From: a virus
Lineage: Duplodnaviria > Heunggongvirae > Uroviricota > Caudoviricetes
DNA length: 13,999 nucleotides
Virus record (IMG/VR): IMGVR_UViG_2700989510_000001
Span: 1-13,999 of that record
Strand: one strand, 5' to 3'
Shown: piece after piece, positions 1 to 7,323 of the stretch
How the letters are laid out: every line of letters begins with the position of its first letter
Numbering within the stretch: position 1 is the first letter of the stretch
Translations under genes and position numbers: made by a program
Notes under the pieces: generated by a model
Seen by the model: the letters and a program-made list of their open reading frames with translations, nothing else
What the model was told of the DNA's origin: nothing
Databases searched by the model: none

Positions 1-156
1 TTACTCCTCAGGTTCGTAAGCTGTGAAGACAGCGACCTCCGTCTGGCCGGTTCGGATTCGTACCTCGCAGAGGTCTTTCCTCGTTACCAGTGCCGTCACA
101 ATGACGGTTAAACAGATGACGATCAGGGCGATTAACATCGCCTTTTGCTGCTTCAT
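1..156 (-). CDS. hok: Hok/Gef family type I toxin, 51 aa
   Basis: Minus-strand translation MKQQKAMLIALIVICLTVIVTALVTRKDLCEVRIRTGQTEVAVFTAYEPEE: one N-terminal TM helix plus the conserved Hok motif (LTRK.LCE..R.G..EVA.F.AYE). AGGAG sits about 9 nt upstream of the ATG at 156; TAA stop at 1-3. The six-frame ORF extends in frame to 213 (70 aa), but the 51-aa form matches Hok family length. Confidence 0.8.
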   Translation of the reverse strand: MKQQKAMLIALIVICLTVIVTALVTRKDLCEVRIRTGQTEVAVFTAYEPEE

Positions 157-402
157 AGCCTGCTTCTCCTTGCCTTTCGGCACGTAAGAGGCTAACCTAC
201 GTTTGTGAAGCATAGATTGGGCCTCAGATTAATGTTAAACGTCTTGCAGGACGCGTAATGTTAACTGGGGCTTTTCTCTATCTGCCTTTTGGTGTTCATG
301 CCTGAGACAGATAGCCTCAAGCACCCGCAGCAATTCTACTTAACTCTCGCTTTACCGCAAACCGTTTTTACCCGATATGGGAATTCCCATATCGTAATGA
401 AT

Positions 403-507
403 TCAGTTCCCTAGTCGATCCATCAAAAACACAACCAGGCAGTAAACGCCCACAACAGCAATAACAGCCAGCGCACCTTCCATTGCCAGTGAAATATCAT
501 CCGACAT
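403..507 (-). CDS. hypothetical small hydrophobic peptide, 34 aa
   Basis: Hand translation of the minus strand gives MSDDISLAMEGALAVIAVVGVYCLVVFLMDRLGN with TGA stop at 403-405. A strong SD (AAAGGAGGGAAT) immediately precedes the ATG at 505-507. Below the 60-aa cutoff of the ORF track. Single predicted TM segment. Confidence 0.35.
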   Translation of the reverse strand: MSDDISLAMEGALAVIAVVGVYCLVVFLMDRLGN

Positions 508-622
508 ATTCCCTCCTTTGGTGTGAATCCCGGCGAACGTTTTTACCCCCACCGACAAATAACATATACTAAAAAATCAATAGCTATAGCAACGCCTGTA
601 ATTGCAAAGGCTTCAGGCCAGA

Positions 623-1336
623 TCATTGGCGCACCTCCTGCGGCGGTTCTGGTAGCGGCATCCAGTCGGTTACATTGCGGCTCTGTGTTTCGAAAAATTC
701 ATCACCATTACGGACTACATCAAAAAACTCACCGTCTCGATATTGCGCATAAAGAACGAATGCGCCATCACATAAAATAATTACGTGCTGACCATCATCC
801 GGCATTCGCTCACTACAGCTTATCCAACCATCCGGAGTTACCGGATAGTTGGTTGACGTTTCCGAGATTTCCCGAAAATTATTGGTTGACGAACCCTTAT
901 TTTCCCGAAAGTTTCCAGCCTGAAGCATGGCGGCGCGGCAGGCGTTCCATATTTCGGCAGCAATATCGCGCTCGCTATCGGTTAATTTGTACGTTGAAAC
1001 ATAGCCAGAGAGCATTTCTACGTTTTCCGGAGTTGCTTCTTCAGGCACTACCGGTGCTGGCTCACGTATTACAGGCTCGCCCATGCGTGATTCTCCCTGC
1101 GCCTCTTTCACCATGTGGTCATTGATTTGCTCCAGTCGCCGAACGTGCTCATCAGCTTCAAGCGCTCGCCGTTTCCAGATGGACAGGTCTTCACGAGCGC
1201 CCTGATATGCGTCACCGTATTCGCCGTTAAATACTGGCGCTGGCGGGGCGATGCGTCCAAGCAACTTATTTACCTCTTTCGCCATCGCGTCATATTTATC
1301 TAAATAGCGATTAGCTTCTAAGCAGACTCGGTGCAT
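623..1336 (-). CDS. prophage protein with C-terminal DUF551-like domain
   Basis: 237-aa ORF. C-terminal region WISCSERMPDDGQHVIILCDGAFVLYAQY...VTDWMPLPEPP resembles the DUF551 signature as I recall it. No convincing SD at the 1336 ATG; an internal ATG (MAKEV, about 1288) is an alternative start. Confidence 0.7.
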   Translation of the reverse strand: MHRVCLEANRYLDKYDAMAKEVNKLLGRIAPPAPVFNGEYGDAYQGAREDLSIWKRRALEADEHVRRLEQINDHMVKEAQGESRMGEPVIREPAPVVPEEATPENVEMLSGYVSTYKLTDSERDIAAEIWNACRAAMLQAGNFRENKGSSTNNFREISETSTNYPVTPDGWISCSERMPDDGQHVIILCDGAFVLYAQYRDGEFFDVVRNGDEFFETQSRNVTDWMPLPEPPQEVRQ

Positions 1337-1536
1337 CTGATCTGAGTTAACTCGTTTAACTGGATCTGCTTCCAGCTATGCCAGTGCAATTTTGAATAAC
1401 TCGCCCTATACCCGTGCCATCCCTGAATTGGGGTAGCATTTCGCAATCGCTATTTTTAATTTGGCTTCTTCGATTAATTTCTCTTTGGTTAATTCAGTCA
1501 CTTTTCATTACCGCCCTTTCGGGCGGCCTCCTGACA

Positions 1537-1749
1537 TTAATCGTTGTGATAACTCATAGCTTCATTTGCAGCATCAACTGGATCAACATCCCACCAGCAA
1601 TAATTTGGGTCGACACCTTCAGGTGTCCACGGCTCTAATTCATTTTTTGCCGCATTCTCGTCGCCAGTAATTTTAAAAATCTGCTCTGAGAACTTTTTCA
1701 CCCACTCGTTATATTTTTCAGCGTTAATAACTTTCTGTGCGTTTGACAT
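1537..1749 (-). CDS. hypothetical prophage protein, 70 aa
   Basis: ORF with ATG at 1747-1749 preceded by GGAGGT at optimal spacing; TAA stop at 1537-1539. Acidic small protein, no recognisable family. Confidence 0.65.
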   Translation of the reverse strand: MSNAQKVINAEKYNEWVKKFSEQIFKITGDENAAKNELEPWTPEGVDPNYCWWDVDPVDAANEAMSYHND

Positions 1750-1797
1750 TGATATACCTCCGGTTAAGGATTAAATTTTTAACAGAGCTAAATTTAA

Positions 1798-2154
1798 TTA
1801 TTCAGTTCTGGATTTTGTCACCCTGCGTATCCGCGCTTTCACGTTACGCTCAATCTGAATTAGCTTTTCTATATTTCTCCGCCTTTCCCGTTCCTCCTGG
1901 CGCAAGATCCTTACATCATCTGCCAGTCTGGTTTCTCTTTTCGCCACAGAGAGCATCCAGTCAAATGGCTCCACAACTGCACCGCAGATTTTACAGCGGA
2001 CCTGACGCTCTTTTTCGTCAACCCGGACAGAGGCGTGATGGCAATATGGTCTTTCCGATGGCTCATAGAGAAAATTAACCTGATTACGTGGGTCATCCTC
2101 TTTTACCGGAAATAAAACGATATTGCTTAACTCATCTTCTGGTTTTATTTCCAT
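1798..2154 (-). CDS. hypothetical protein with putative zinc-ribbon (C-x-H-H ... C-K-I-C)
   Basis: 118-aa ORF. Strong SD (AAAGGAGAGGAGC) directly upstream of the ATG at 2152-2154. Start overlaps the end of the upstream gene by 23 nt. Cys/His cluster PYCHHASVRVDEKERQVRCKICG. Confidence 0.7.
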   Translation of the reverse strand: MEIKPEDELSNIVLFPVKEDDPRNQVNFLYEPSERPYCHHASVRVDEKERQVRCKICGAVVEPFDWMLSVAKRETRLADDVRILRQEERERRRNIEKLIQIERNVKARIRRVTKSRTE

Positions 2155-2851
2155 GCTCCTCTCCTTTGATGCGAATGCCAGCGGCGCGGATTGCAGCGAT
2201 GACTTCAGAAACTTTGTATGCCATTACCGTTTGGTAATCATCGTGAAAATCTGTTCGATGAAGCATGCTGCTACGTTCTGGGAGCGATATTTCCCGTGCT
2301 TCCAGTTCTGCAATGCGCTTCTCTGCGGATTCCAACGCCGCAACCAATTCGTCTACAGTTCCGGCAGCTTGCAGTGCGTAATCGGTAATAGCCATCTCAT
2401 GATCAATTTCAGTACCGTTCTCATTCGTTGAGGTGATAGCAAAATAATCAGAGTCGATTTCGTTATCAGCTAAGTGGCGTAGCGTATCGGCAACAAGCCG
2501 GCCGTTTTCGATTAGCAGCTTCCCTTCCGTAAGCGCAATCTCCTCGTTCTCCTGGTCGCGTGATTTGATGTATTGCTGGTTTCTTTCCCGTTCATCCAGT
2601 AGTGCCAGCGCAACATTTGGATTAAAGGCAGCAATAAATTCAGCGTTTGCGTAAGCCTGAGCATCTGTTTCAACCAGGCAGTTAACATGACATTCTGCAA
2701 TTACGCCACCGGGTTCTCCTTTCCATTTTTGACAAACAAAAACTCCTGTTATATTCCCATGCTGATTGCCCGATGTATGCCCTACGATGTAGCATCCTTT
2801 AGTTGCTTTCTCTGCTGCTTCACGAAGCGCCTCATAGTTAACCTCTCTCAT
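2132..2851 (-). CDS. Ead/Ea22-like prophage protein
   Basis: 239-aa ORF. N-terminus ...YEALREAAEKATKG... resembles lambdoid Ead/Ea22-like early proteins as I recall them. AGGAGGTGG SD upstream of the ATG at 2849-2851. ATGA start/stop overlap with the upstream gene. Confidence 0.75.
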   Translation of the reverse strand: MREVNYEALREAAEKATKGCYIVGHTSGNQHGNITGVFVCQKWKGEPGGVIAECHVNCLVETDAQAYANAEFIAAFNPNVALALLDERERNQQYIKSRDQENEEIALTEGKLLIENGRLVADTLRHLADNEIDSDYFAITSTNENGTEIDHEMAITDYALQAAGTVDELVAALESAEKRIAELEAREISLPERSSMLHRTDFHDDYQTVMAYKVSEVIAAIRAAGIRIKGEEHGNKTRR

Positions 2852-3144
2852 TGAGCCACCTCCTGATAAATCACCGTATGTCCCAGTTTCTCCGCCAGTG
2901 CCAGCTCTGCCTTAGCGCCCGCTGACCGCTGCCAGCCATTCAGCATGTAAATCGCATCCACGCAACGAATCATTGCCATGCAAATATCCATGTAGTGCGG
3001 CTGTGTCAGCCCGTCCGGAAGTACTGCCGGGTTTAAGACTGTATGCCCTTCCCGTTTCAGTTCCTCTTCCGCCTTGTGGAACGCCTCACGGTTGAAATTT
3101 TTATACCCGGTCATCGGACCGGCGATATAAACCCTCACCCTCAC
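2848..3144 (-). CDS. DUF4406-like (nucleoside 2-deoxyribosyltransferase-like fold) protein
   Basis: 98-aa ORF beginning (M)RVRVYIAGPMTGYKNFNREAF, the N-terminal motif I associate with DUF4406. GTG start at 3142-3144 with AGGAGGT 6 nt upstream; GTGA overlap with the upstream stop. Confidence 0.75.
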   Translation of the reverse strand: MRVRVYIAGPMTGYKNFNREAFHKAEEELKREGHTVLNPAVLPDGLTQPHYMDICMAMIRCVDAIYMLNGWQRSAGAKAELALAEKLGHTVIYQEVAQ

Positions 3145-3533
3145 TCCATCACCTCCTGAAAATTACCCCGATAGAACGCCAGCACACGCTGCATAACTTC
3201 GCTCTGGCGGCACTCACGACAAATTATGTTCTGCCGTCTGTTGTAACGACGTATTTCTCCGTCAGGTAACTTTCGAATCAGTGTCGGGTCAGCAGCCTTC
3301 TCCGGTGTCTTACGCCATACGCGATACGCCTGCTCTGATAGAAATACCCCGCAACCAGAGAGCCAGACATCACCACTGGCCGCAAGCGCACCAGATAAAC
3401 GACGAATAGCGGTCTTACTGACACCCGTTTTATCTGCCAGTTGTCGAAAAGTTTCTCGTCCGCTCAGGCGCACGAATTCCACAATGCGCGCCCTCACTTC
3501 TTCCCGCTCTTCTGGTGTAAATACTTTTGCCAT
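3141..3533 (-). CDS. hypothetical protein with probable HTH
   Basis: ORF track gives 3141..3548, but that first codon is TTG. The in-frame ATG at 3531-3533 (MAKVFTPEE...) has GGAGG 5 nt upstream and lies just after the upstream stop (3549-3551). Segment ETFRQLADKTGVSKTAIRRL looks like a helix-turn-helix. Confidence 0.7.
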   Translation of the reverse strand: MAKVFTPEEREEVRARIVEFVRLSGRETFRQLADKTGVSKTAIRRLSGALAASGDVWLSGCGVFLSEQAYRVWRKTPEKAADPTLIRKLPDGEIRRYNRRQNIICRECRQSEVMQRVLAFYRGNFQEVME

Positions 3534-3548
3534 AAGCGCCTCCGGCAA

Positions 3549-4274
3549 TCACTTTTCCGACACAATACGACCGGATGAATCGACAATCTGCCGAACAATA
3601 TCCCGGTGCTTGTTCAGCTCCCGCAGCGCGGCGCAGACACGCTCCCACTTCTGAACCTGACCTTTTGCCCGGCGCAGCTCGCGGTTAGCCACATGCAGCG
3701 ATGGTAAAATCAGACCATCCGGATGTTTTCTGGTGAACAACGGCTGTGACTGCACTGTGACCGCCACACTTTCAGTTTTTATTTCTTCCTGTGTTTCCGC
3801 TTCCCGGACTGGTAACGCAACACCTGTTGGCTGAGGAAAGGCTTTACCATCGGTTTCCACTACGGATGCAGCTTCCGGCTCTGCCGGTAAATCAGCACCC
3901 GGTATGCAGTAACGAAATTTACCGCCCTGATTCACGCGAATCAGACGCCCTTTGCTGATTGCCATGGCCAGCGATGAATTCGCCCGGCGGGAGGTAATCC
4001 CGAACATCAGTGCCAGCTCATCCGCCGTTTGTGGGCCATGTTGTTCAATCGCCTCAGTCAGCATTTTCGCTGTCACTTTCGGTACCGGTGACACCGGTTC
4101 ACTTTCACCAGCCTGAATCAGCCACCACATCGACCCCTTGTTATCCGCTTCACCGCGGCGCTTCAGTTTCCACAGTTCGTTGACCGCATCTTCACGGCTG
4201 ATTCCAAGGCGGGCCGCCACTACCTGTGAAGAGGCTCTTTTCAGTGCTTTCAGTGCGTCAAATACGGTTTCCAT
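3549..4274 (-). CDS. prophage protein with two winged-helix-like segments (DUF1627-like)
   Basis: 241-aa ORF. ATG at 4272-4274 with GGAGGAAA SD. HTH-like segments [25 protein letters not shown] and [29 protein letters not shown]. Confidence 0.75.
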   Translation of the reverse strand: METVFDALKALKRASSQVVAARLGISREDAVNELWKLKRRGEADNKGSMWWLIQAGESEPVSPVPKVTAKMLTEAIEQHGPQTADELALMFGITSRRANSSLAMAISKGRLIRVNQGGKFRYCIPGADLPAEPEAASVVETDGKAFPQPTGVALPVREAETQEEIKTESVAVTVQSQPLFTRKHPDGLILPSLHVANRELRRAKGQVQKWERVCAALRELNKHRDIVRQIVDSSGRIVSEK

Positions 4275-4307
4275 TAAAATTTCCTCCGATAAAATCGTTT
4301 CTCAGAT

Positions 4308-4970
4308 TCAAATAAAACCAGCTGCCTTCCGGCGTTCGTATTCCTGTTTCAGCCGTTCAATTGGCGTTGGCCCTTGCGGGTGTTTCGCCCCTTCCAGTTG
4401 TCGTCGCACTGGCGGAACACTCATCCCGTTACCAACATGCTTTGCCCATTTCGTCAGTTGCCGTTCCGCAAGTCGTTTTAACTCACCCTGCGTCATCTGG
4501 CGCTCAATCCCTCTGGTACGCATTTCGAGGCAGATGTGGTACAGCACAGGCTGTGGCCACGGGTATTTATCACTCCCGTCGTATCGCCAGGATTCATTGC
4601 GCCAGCGCCGGTACTCTTCCATCACGGCATCCACCGTAAGACCAAATGGATTTGCCCCACTCTCCGAAATCAGCGCAACAAACTCAGCCAGGTCCGGGGG
4701 CCACGTTTCACCCGCCCGGCAGCGGTCCATGCACTGACGGCAGACCAGACGGATTTGCTGTTCAGTCATCGCACCAATCTGGGCAATCCAGAGCTTCGAA
4801 GGTGCGGCCCCGTTCTTCTGAGTCCAGCGGTTCGAATACACCTCCCCCATAAGCTCCCACAGCTTCCAGGCCGTTTCCGTTGCTGATAAATCCGTTTTCA
4901 CGTTCCCACTGTTCGCGTGCTGCCCGGATTTCCTGAACTGCCCGTGATGCCGTGCCACCTGGTGCTGCAT
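4308..4970 (-). CDS. replication protein P-like (putative DnaB helicase loader)
   Basis: C-terminal half (...YPWPQPVLYHICLEMR...ELKRLAERQL...) parallels lambda P (...YPWKSNAHYWLVTNLY...ELRRKAADEL...) from memory. Start uncertain: the ATG at 4970 (AGGGGG SD) overlaps the upstream gene by 209 nt; an in-frame ATG at 4850 (GGGAG SD) is the alternative. Confidence 0.7.
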   Translation of the reverse strand: MQHQVARHHGQFRKSGQHANSGNVKTDLSATETAWKLWELMGEVYSNRWTQKNGAAPSKLWIAQIGAMTEQQIRLVCRQCMDRCRAGETWPPDLAEFVALISESGANPFGLTVDAVMEEYRRWRNESWRYDGSDKYPWPQPVLYHICLEMRTRGIERQMTQGELKRLAERQLTKWAKHVGNGMSVPPVRRQLEGAKHPQGPTPIERLKQEYERRKAAGFI

Positions 4971-5793
4971 GGCTTACCCCCTTGCTGACTGGTTTTACCT
5001 GTGCCCTGACGTGCTGCACGTGGCGGGCAAATTTCTGCTCCCACTGAACCTGCGTGAAAACCTTCCCTTCCGCCATCCAGTAATCCCGGAATGCGGCAAG
5101 CTCAGCAGGTGTAAATTCCGGCTCAGGCAGAGCCATACCCCACACTGCTGCCCGTTGTCGAAAATCCGGCGACGGCTGCCAGACAGTAGTCATCGAAAAT
5201 TTCCCGATCGGTTCGCTCAGGCCGTCCAGGTATTCAGGTTCGGCTGTCTGCAACGGCGCACCATTCGACTCACTGGTCGGAATACTCTCGCGCGCGTTAT
5301 GTGTGGGGTTTAATTCTGTATCTGTATCTTTATCTGTCGTGACTTGTCGTGACAGATGCGTGACACGTCGTGACTCATCGTGACAATCAGCATTATGTTT
5401 CCGCAGCTTTTCCCGCTCCCGCTGCGCTCTCTTGCGCTCTGCCGGGGATTTTGCCGTTTGCGAAACGTTACCATTGTCCTCTTTCAGCACCTGACGTTTT
5501 TCCCATCCGGAAATAAGGTCACCATCCAGAACCCGCCCCTGCATTGCATGCAAAATTGAATCAATTACGTCTTCCGTCACATCAAGCGCACTTGCTAAAT
5601 CTTCCGTCGTGACATCAATGTGACCACGTAGTGACACGCCGTGACATGTCGTGACATTTCGTGACGCGCTCACCAGAAGATGGATATACACTGCCATCAC
5701 TGTTGCGATTGGCTGTCCTGATACCCTGGCAATCGTTCGCCACTTGGGGTCATTTGGCATGTCATGCCACAATCTGAGCCAGGCATTAGCCAT
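4762..5793 (-). CDS. replication initiation protein (O-like role) with DnaT-like C-terminal domain
   Basis: Segment GKFSMTTVWQPSPDFRQRAAVWGMALPEPEFTPAELAAFRDYWMAEGKVFTQVQWEQKFARHVQ closely parallels the C-terminal domain of E. coli primosomal protein DnaT as I recall it. The ORF track starts at a GTG (5799); the ATG at 5791-5793 has AGAGGTGA SD. The gene contains two iteron arrays. Confidence 0.8.
   Translation of the reverse strand: MANAWLRLWHDMPNDPKWRTIARVSGQPIATVMAVYIHLLVSASRNVTTCHGVSLRGHIDVTTEDLASALDVTEDVIDSILHAMQGRVLDGDLISGWEKRQVLKEDNGNVSQTAKSPAERKRAQREREKLRKHNADCHDESRRVTHLSRQVTTDKDTDTELNPTHNARESIPTSESNGAPLQTAEPEYLDGLSEPIGKFSMTTVWQPSPDFRQRAAVWGMALPEPEFTPAELAAFRDYWMAEGKVFTQVQWEQKFARHVQHVRAQVKPVSKGVSHAAPGGTASRAVQEIRAAREQWERENGFISNGNGLEAVGAYGGGVFEPLDSEERGRTFEALDCPDWCDD
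5312..5386. repeat. iteron array 1 (putative phage origin element): TATCTGT repeats followed by 5 x (T/G)CGTGAC at about 10-bp spacing
   Basis: TCGTGAC at 5337, 5347, (GCGTGAC 5358), 5368, 5378, i.e. one per helical turn, all in the same orientation, preceded by tctgtatctgtatctttatctg. Lies inside the initiator gene. Confidence 0.6.
5605..5667. repeat. iteron array 2 (putative phage origin element): 6 x GTGAC(A) at 10-11 bp spacing
   Basis: GTGAC at 5609, 5620, 5631, 5641, 5651, 5661 with 10-11 bp periodicity, same orientation as array 1, about 270 bp away and inside the same gene. Confidence 0.6.
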
Positions 5794-5861
5794 ACTCACC
5801 TCTTCTGATACCGAACTTTACCCACGAACTTCCGAAAGAAATCCGGTATAAATATTGTTGG

Positions 5862-6287
5862 TCAATGCACAACAACTGCATTACCAGGCTGACCACCACT
5901 GTTAGTCAGGGTGCCCCAGGCGATCGCTACAGCGATAAAATCATCCACATCTTTCACCAGCCGATCCCGTCGTTCGACGATCTCCCGGTAATATTCAGAA
6001 CTGTGACTGCGCATACGGGCCACCAGCAAAGGCGGCATCGCCTTTTCGATCGCCGGTAACAGCGCCTGAATTTTTTCAACCGCATCAGGCGTATCCTTCT
6101 CCACCCAGCGGAAAATTTTCTGGGTATTACGGGCCAGGGCTTCCGGATGGCTGTCGTCGTACAGTTCCGGGAACGTCATCCCAAGTTCGAAATAAGTCCG
6201 GGCTATTTCAGCTGCAGGCACTTTCTCACCATCAGGATATGCCCAGGCATTCATCGCCATGCGGATGTGTTCATGTTTGATTTTCAT
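5862..6287 (-). CDS. CII-position protein, YdaT-like
   Basis: 141-aa ORF starting MKIKHEHI, which I recall as the N-terminus of Rac YdaT-family proteins. ATG at 6285-6287 overlaps the upstream stop (ATGA). Sits between the cro-like gene and the replication initiator, the lambda cII position. Confidence 0.65.
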   Translation of the reverse strand: MKIKHEHIRMAMNAWAYPDGEKVPAAEIARTYFELGMTFPELYDDSHPEALARNTQKIFRWVEKDTPDAVEKIQALLPAIEKAMPPLLVARMRSHSSEYYREIVERRDRLVKDVDDFIAVAIAWGTLTNSGGQPGNAVVVH

Positions 6288-6511
6288 GAATCATTTTTCC
6301 TTTCGTTCGAGGTGTTATCCTTCTTTTTGTAAAGTTCTGGGTTCAACGATAATTTTCCCTTGGAGTATGCAACTGCTTCAGCAGCCCTCCCCTTGGGAAC
6401 TATTTCGCCGGGACGCTTACGCCACATGTATATAGCTTCTCGGGTTACCCCATAAAAATCAGCGACTCTTTGGACAGAACCAAAAAACTGGACAAGTTCA
6501 TCAACTCGCAT
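6284..6511 (-). CDS. Cro-like HTH regulator (YdaS-like)
   Basis: 75-aa ORF with HTH segment VQRVADFYGVTREAIYMWRKR. GGGGGTG SD upstream of the ATG at 6509-6511. Divergent from the cI-like repressor across a 98-bp operator region. Confidence 0.75.
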   Translation of the reverse strand: MRVDELVQFFGSVQRVADFYGVTREAIYMWRKRPGEIVPKGRAAEAVAYSKGKLSLNPELYKKKDNTSNERKNDS

Positions 6512-6609
6512 TTCACCCCCTTAAAACTAAGTATTTTTAGATTAAAGGGTAATTTTTTTTAGGTCAATACAATCTAAAATAATTTATATTCAATTCGCGG
6601 GAGAAAATA
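6512..6609. promoter_or_regulatory. divergent immunity promoter/operator region (pR-like leftward, pRM-like rightward)
   Basis: 98-bp AT-rich intergenic region between divergent cro-like and cI-like genes. Inverted repeat ATTTTTAGATT (6533-6543) / AATCTAAAAT (6571-6580). Leftward candidate promoter TTGACC-17-TAATCT (minus strand; GGTCAA at 6562-6567 on plus). Rightward candidate -10 TATATT at 6585-6590. SD GGGAG before the cI ATG. Confidence 0.5.
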
Positions 6610-7254
6610 ATGGAAAGCCTTGGCATTAGGCTTAAGAAACTCAGAAAAGACAAAGGTCTGACCCAAGTTGAACTTGGCAAGCTTTCTGGCGTAACTGGGG
6701 TAACAATAGGATACTGGGAGAAAGATCTAAACGAACCAGGTAGCAAAGCTCTTAGTAAATTAGCCCTAGCACTAGGCACTACTGAGTCCTATCTCCTGTA
6801 TGGAGTATCATCTCCTGAATCATCCCTTGTGCAGAAAAATCCAGGTACCCAAATCCCATACCTTTCTTGGGGAGAAGCGATTTCTTTCCTAATATTAAAA
6901 GGAGAGAAAACTATGGGAACTGTCGACAGGATCACCACATTCTTTGATGTCAAGGAGGGAGATTTTGCCGTTTCAATGCCTGATGATACTATGCACAATC
7001 CATCAGGGTCCCCAAGCATTCCAGTTGGAGCCACAGTGATCATGAGGCCTGGCGAAAAATATAAAAATGGTAGCATCGTCGCAGTAATAGTCCCAGATCC
7101 ACTCACAAACGAACCATCCATGACTATAAAAAAATTAGTTATTGATGGAAAGCTCGTGTACTTAGCCCCCCTTAACCCACGCTATCAATCATCCTTACTT
7201 ACACCGGAATGTAACATCGTTGCTGTAGCAAAAGGTGTTCAGTTCAGCCTCTAG
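6610..7254 (+). CDS. cI: cI-like prophage repressor: N-terminal HTH_XRE + C-terminal S24 (LexA-like) peptidase domain
   Basis: 214-aa ORF. HTH LTQVELGKLSGVTGVTIGYWE. C-terminal block TIKKLVIDGKLVYLAPLNPRYQ parallels lambda cI [21 protein letters not shown] (catalytic Lys region). Ser-Met in AVSMPDD is the candidate nucleophile. Confidence 0.9.
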   Translation: MESLGIRLKKLRKDKGLTQVELGKLSGVTGVTIGYWEKDLNEPGSKALSKLALALGTTESYLLYGVSSPESSLVQKNPGTQIPYLSWGEAISFLILKGEKTMGTVDRITTFFDVKEGDFAVSMPDDTMHNPSGSPSIPVGATVIMRPGEKYKNGSIVAVIVPDPLTNEPSMTIKKLVIDGKLVYLAPLNPRYQSSLLTPECNIVAVAKGVQFSL

Positions 7255-7278
7255 CTCCCGCTTTGCCCTGTAATCAGA

Positions 7279-7303
7279 GGTCGGCTTTGTCGGCCTTTTA
7301 TCT
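7279..7303 (+). terminator. possible intrinsic terminator after cI
   Basis: GGTCGGC-TTT-GTCGGCC can pair as RNA only with two G-U wobbles, followed by TTTTATCTT. Weak. Confidence 0.3.
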
Positions 7304-7323
7304 TAAAAATATTTACATTCAAC

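Noticed and set aside
1-213. Calling the full 70-aa in-frame ORF (1-213) the toxin or a separate mok gene
   Set aside because: Hok-family toxins are about 50 aa and the internal ATG at 156 has an AGGAG SD; the upstream extension (MLHKRRLASYVPKGKEKQA) is not hydrophobic. Whether the extension is translated as a Mok-like coupling frame cannot be resolved by eye, so only the 51-aa CDS is reported.
214-402. A relBE toxin-antitoxin pair next to hok, as in the relBE-hokD arrangement
   Set aside because: There is no ORF of RelE or RelB size or sequence between hok and the DUF551 gene; the interval is non-coding apart from the 34-aa peptide ORF.
523-780. Plus-strand ORFs (523-780, 853-1125, 1115-1303, 1414-1638, 1737-2078, 2123-2431, 4138-4737, 4361-4639, 4536-4886, 4646-4852, 4969-5313, 5651-5851, 5865-6059, 6147-6332) overlapping the leftward gene cluster
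   Set aside because: They lie antisense to or inside better-supported minus-strand genes that show coupled starts and SD sequences. They lack SDs and have odd amino-acid composition (Arg/Ser/Cys/His-rich), so they are most likely shadow ORFs.
5312-5667. Possibility that the short regularly spaced repeats are a CRISPR array
   Set aside because: Units are only 5-7 bp at a 10-11 bp period, lie inside a coding sequence, and have no unique spacers of 25-40 bp. The pattern matches replication-origin iterons, not CRISPR.
6975-7010. Apparent Ser-to-Thr change at the S24 nucleophile position of the cI-like repressor (DDTM instead of GDSM)
   Set aside because: An equally good alignment places the nucleophile at the Ser of AVSMPDD. 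Without a proper alignment this is ambiguous, so no claim of a non-canonical active site is made.
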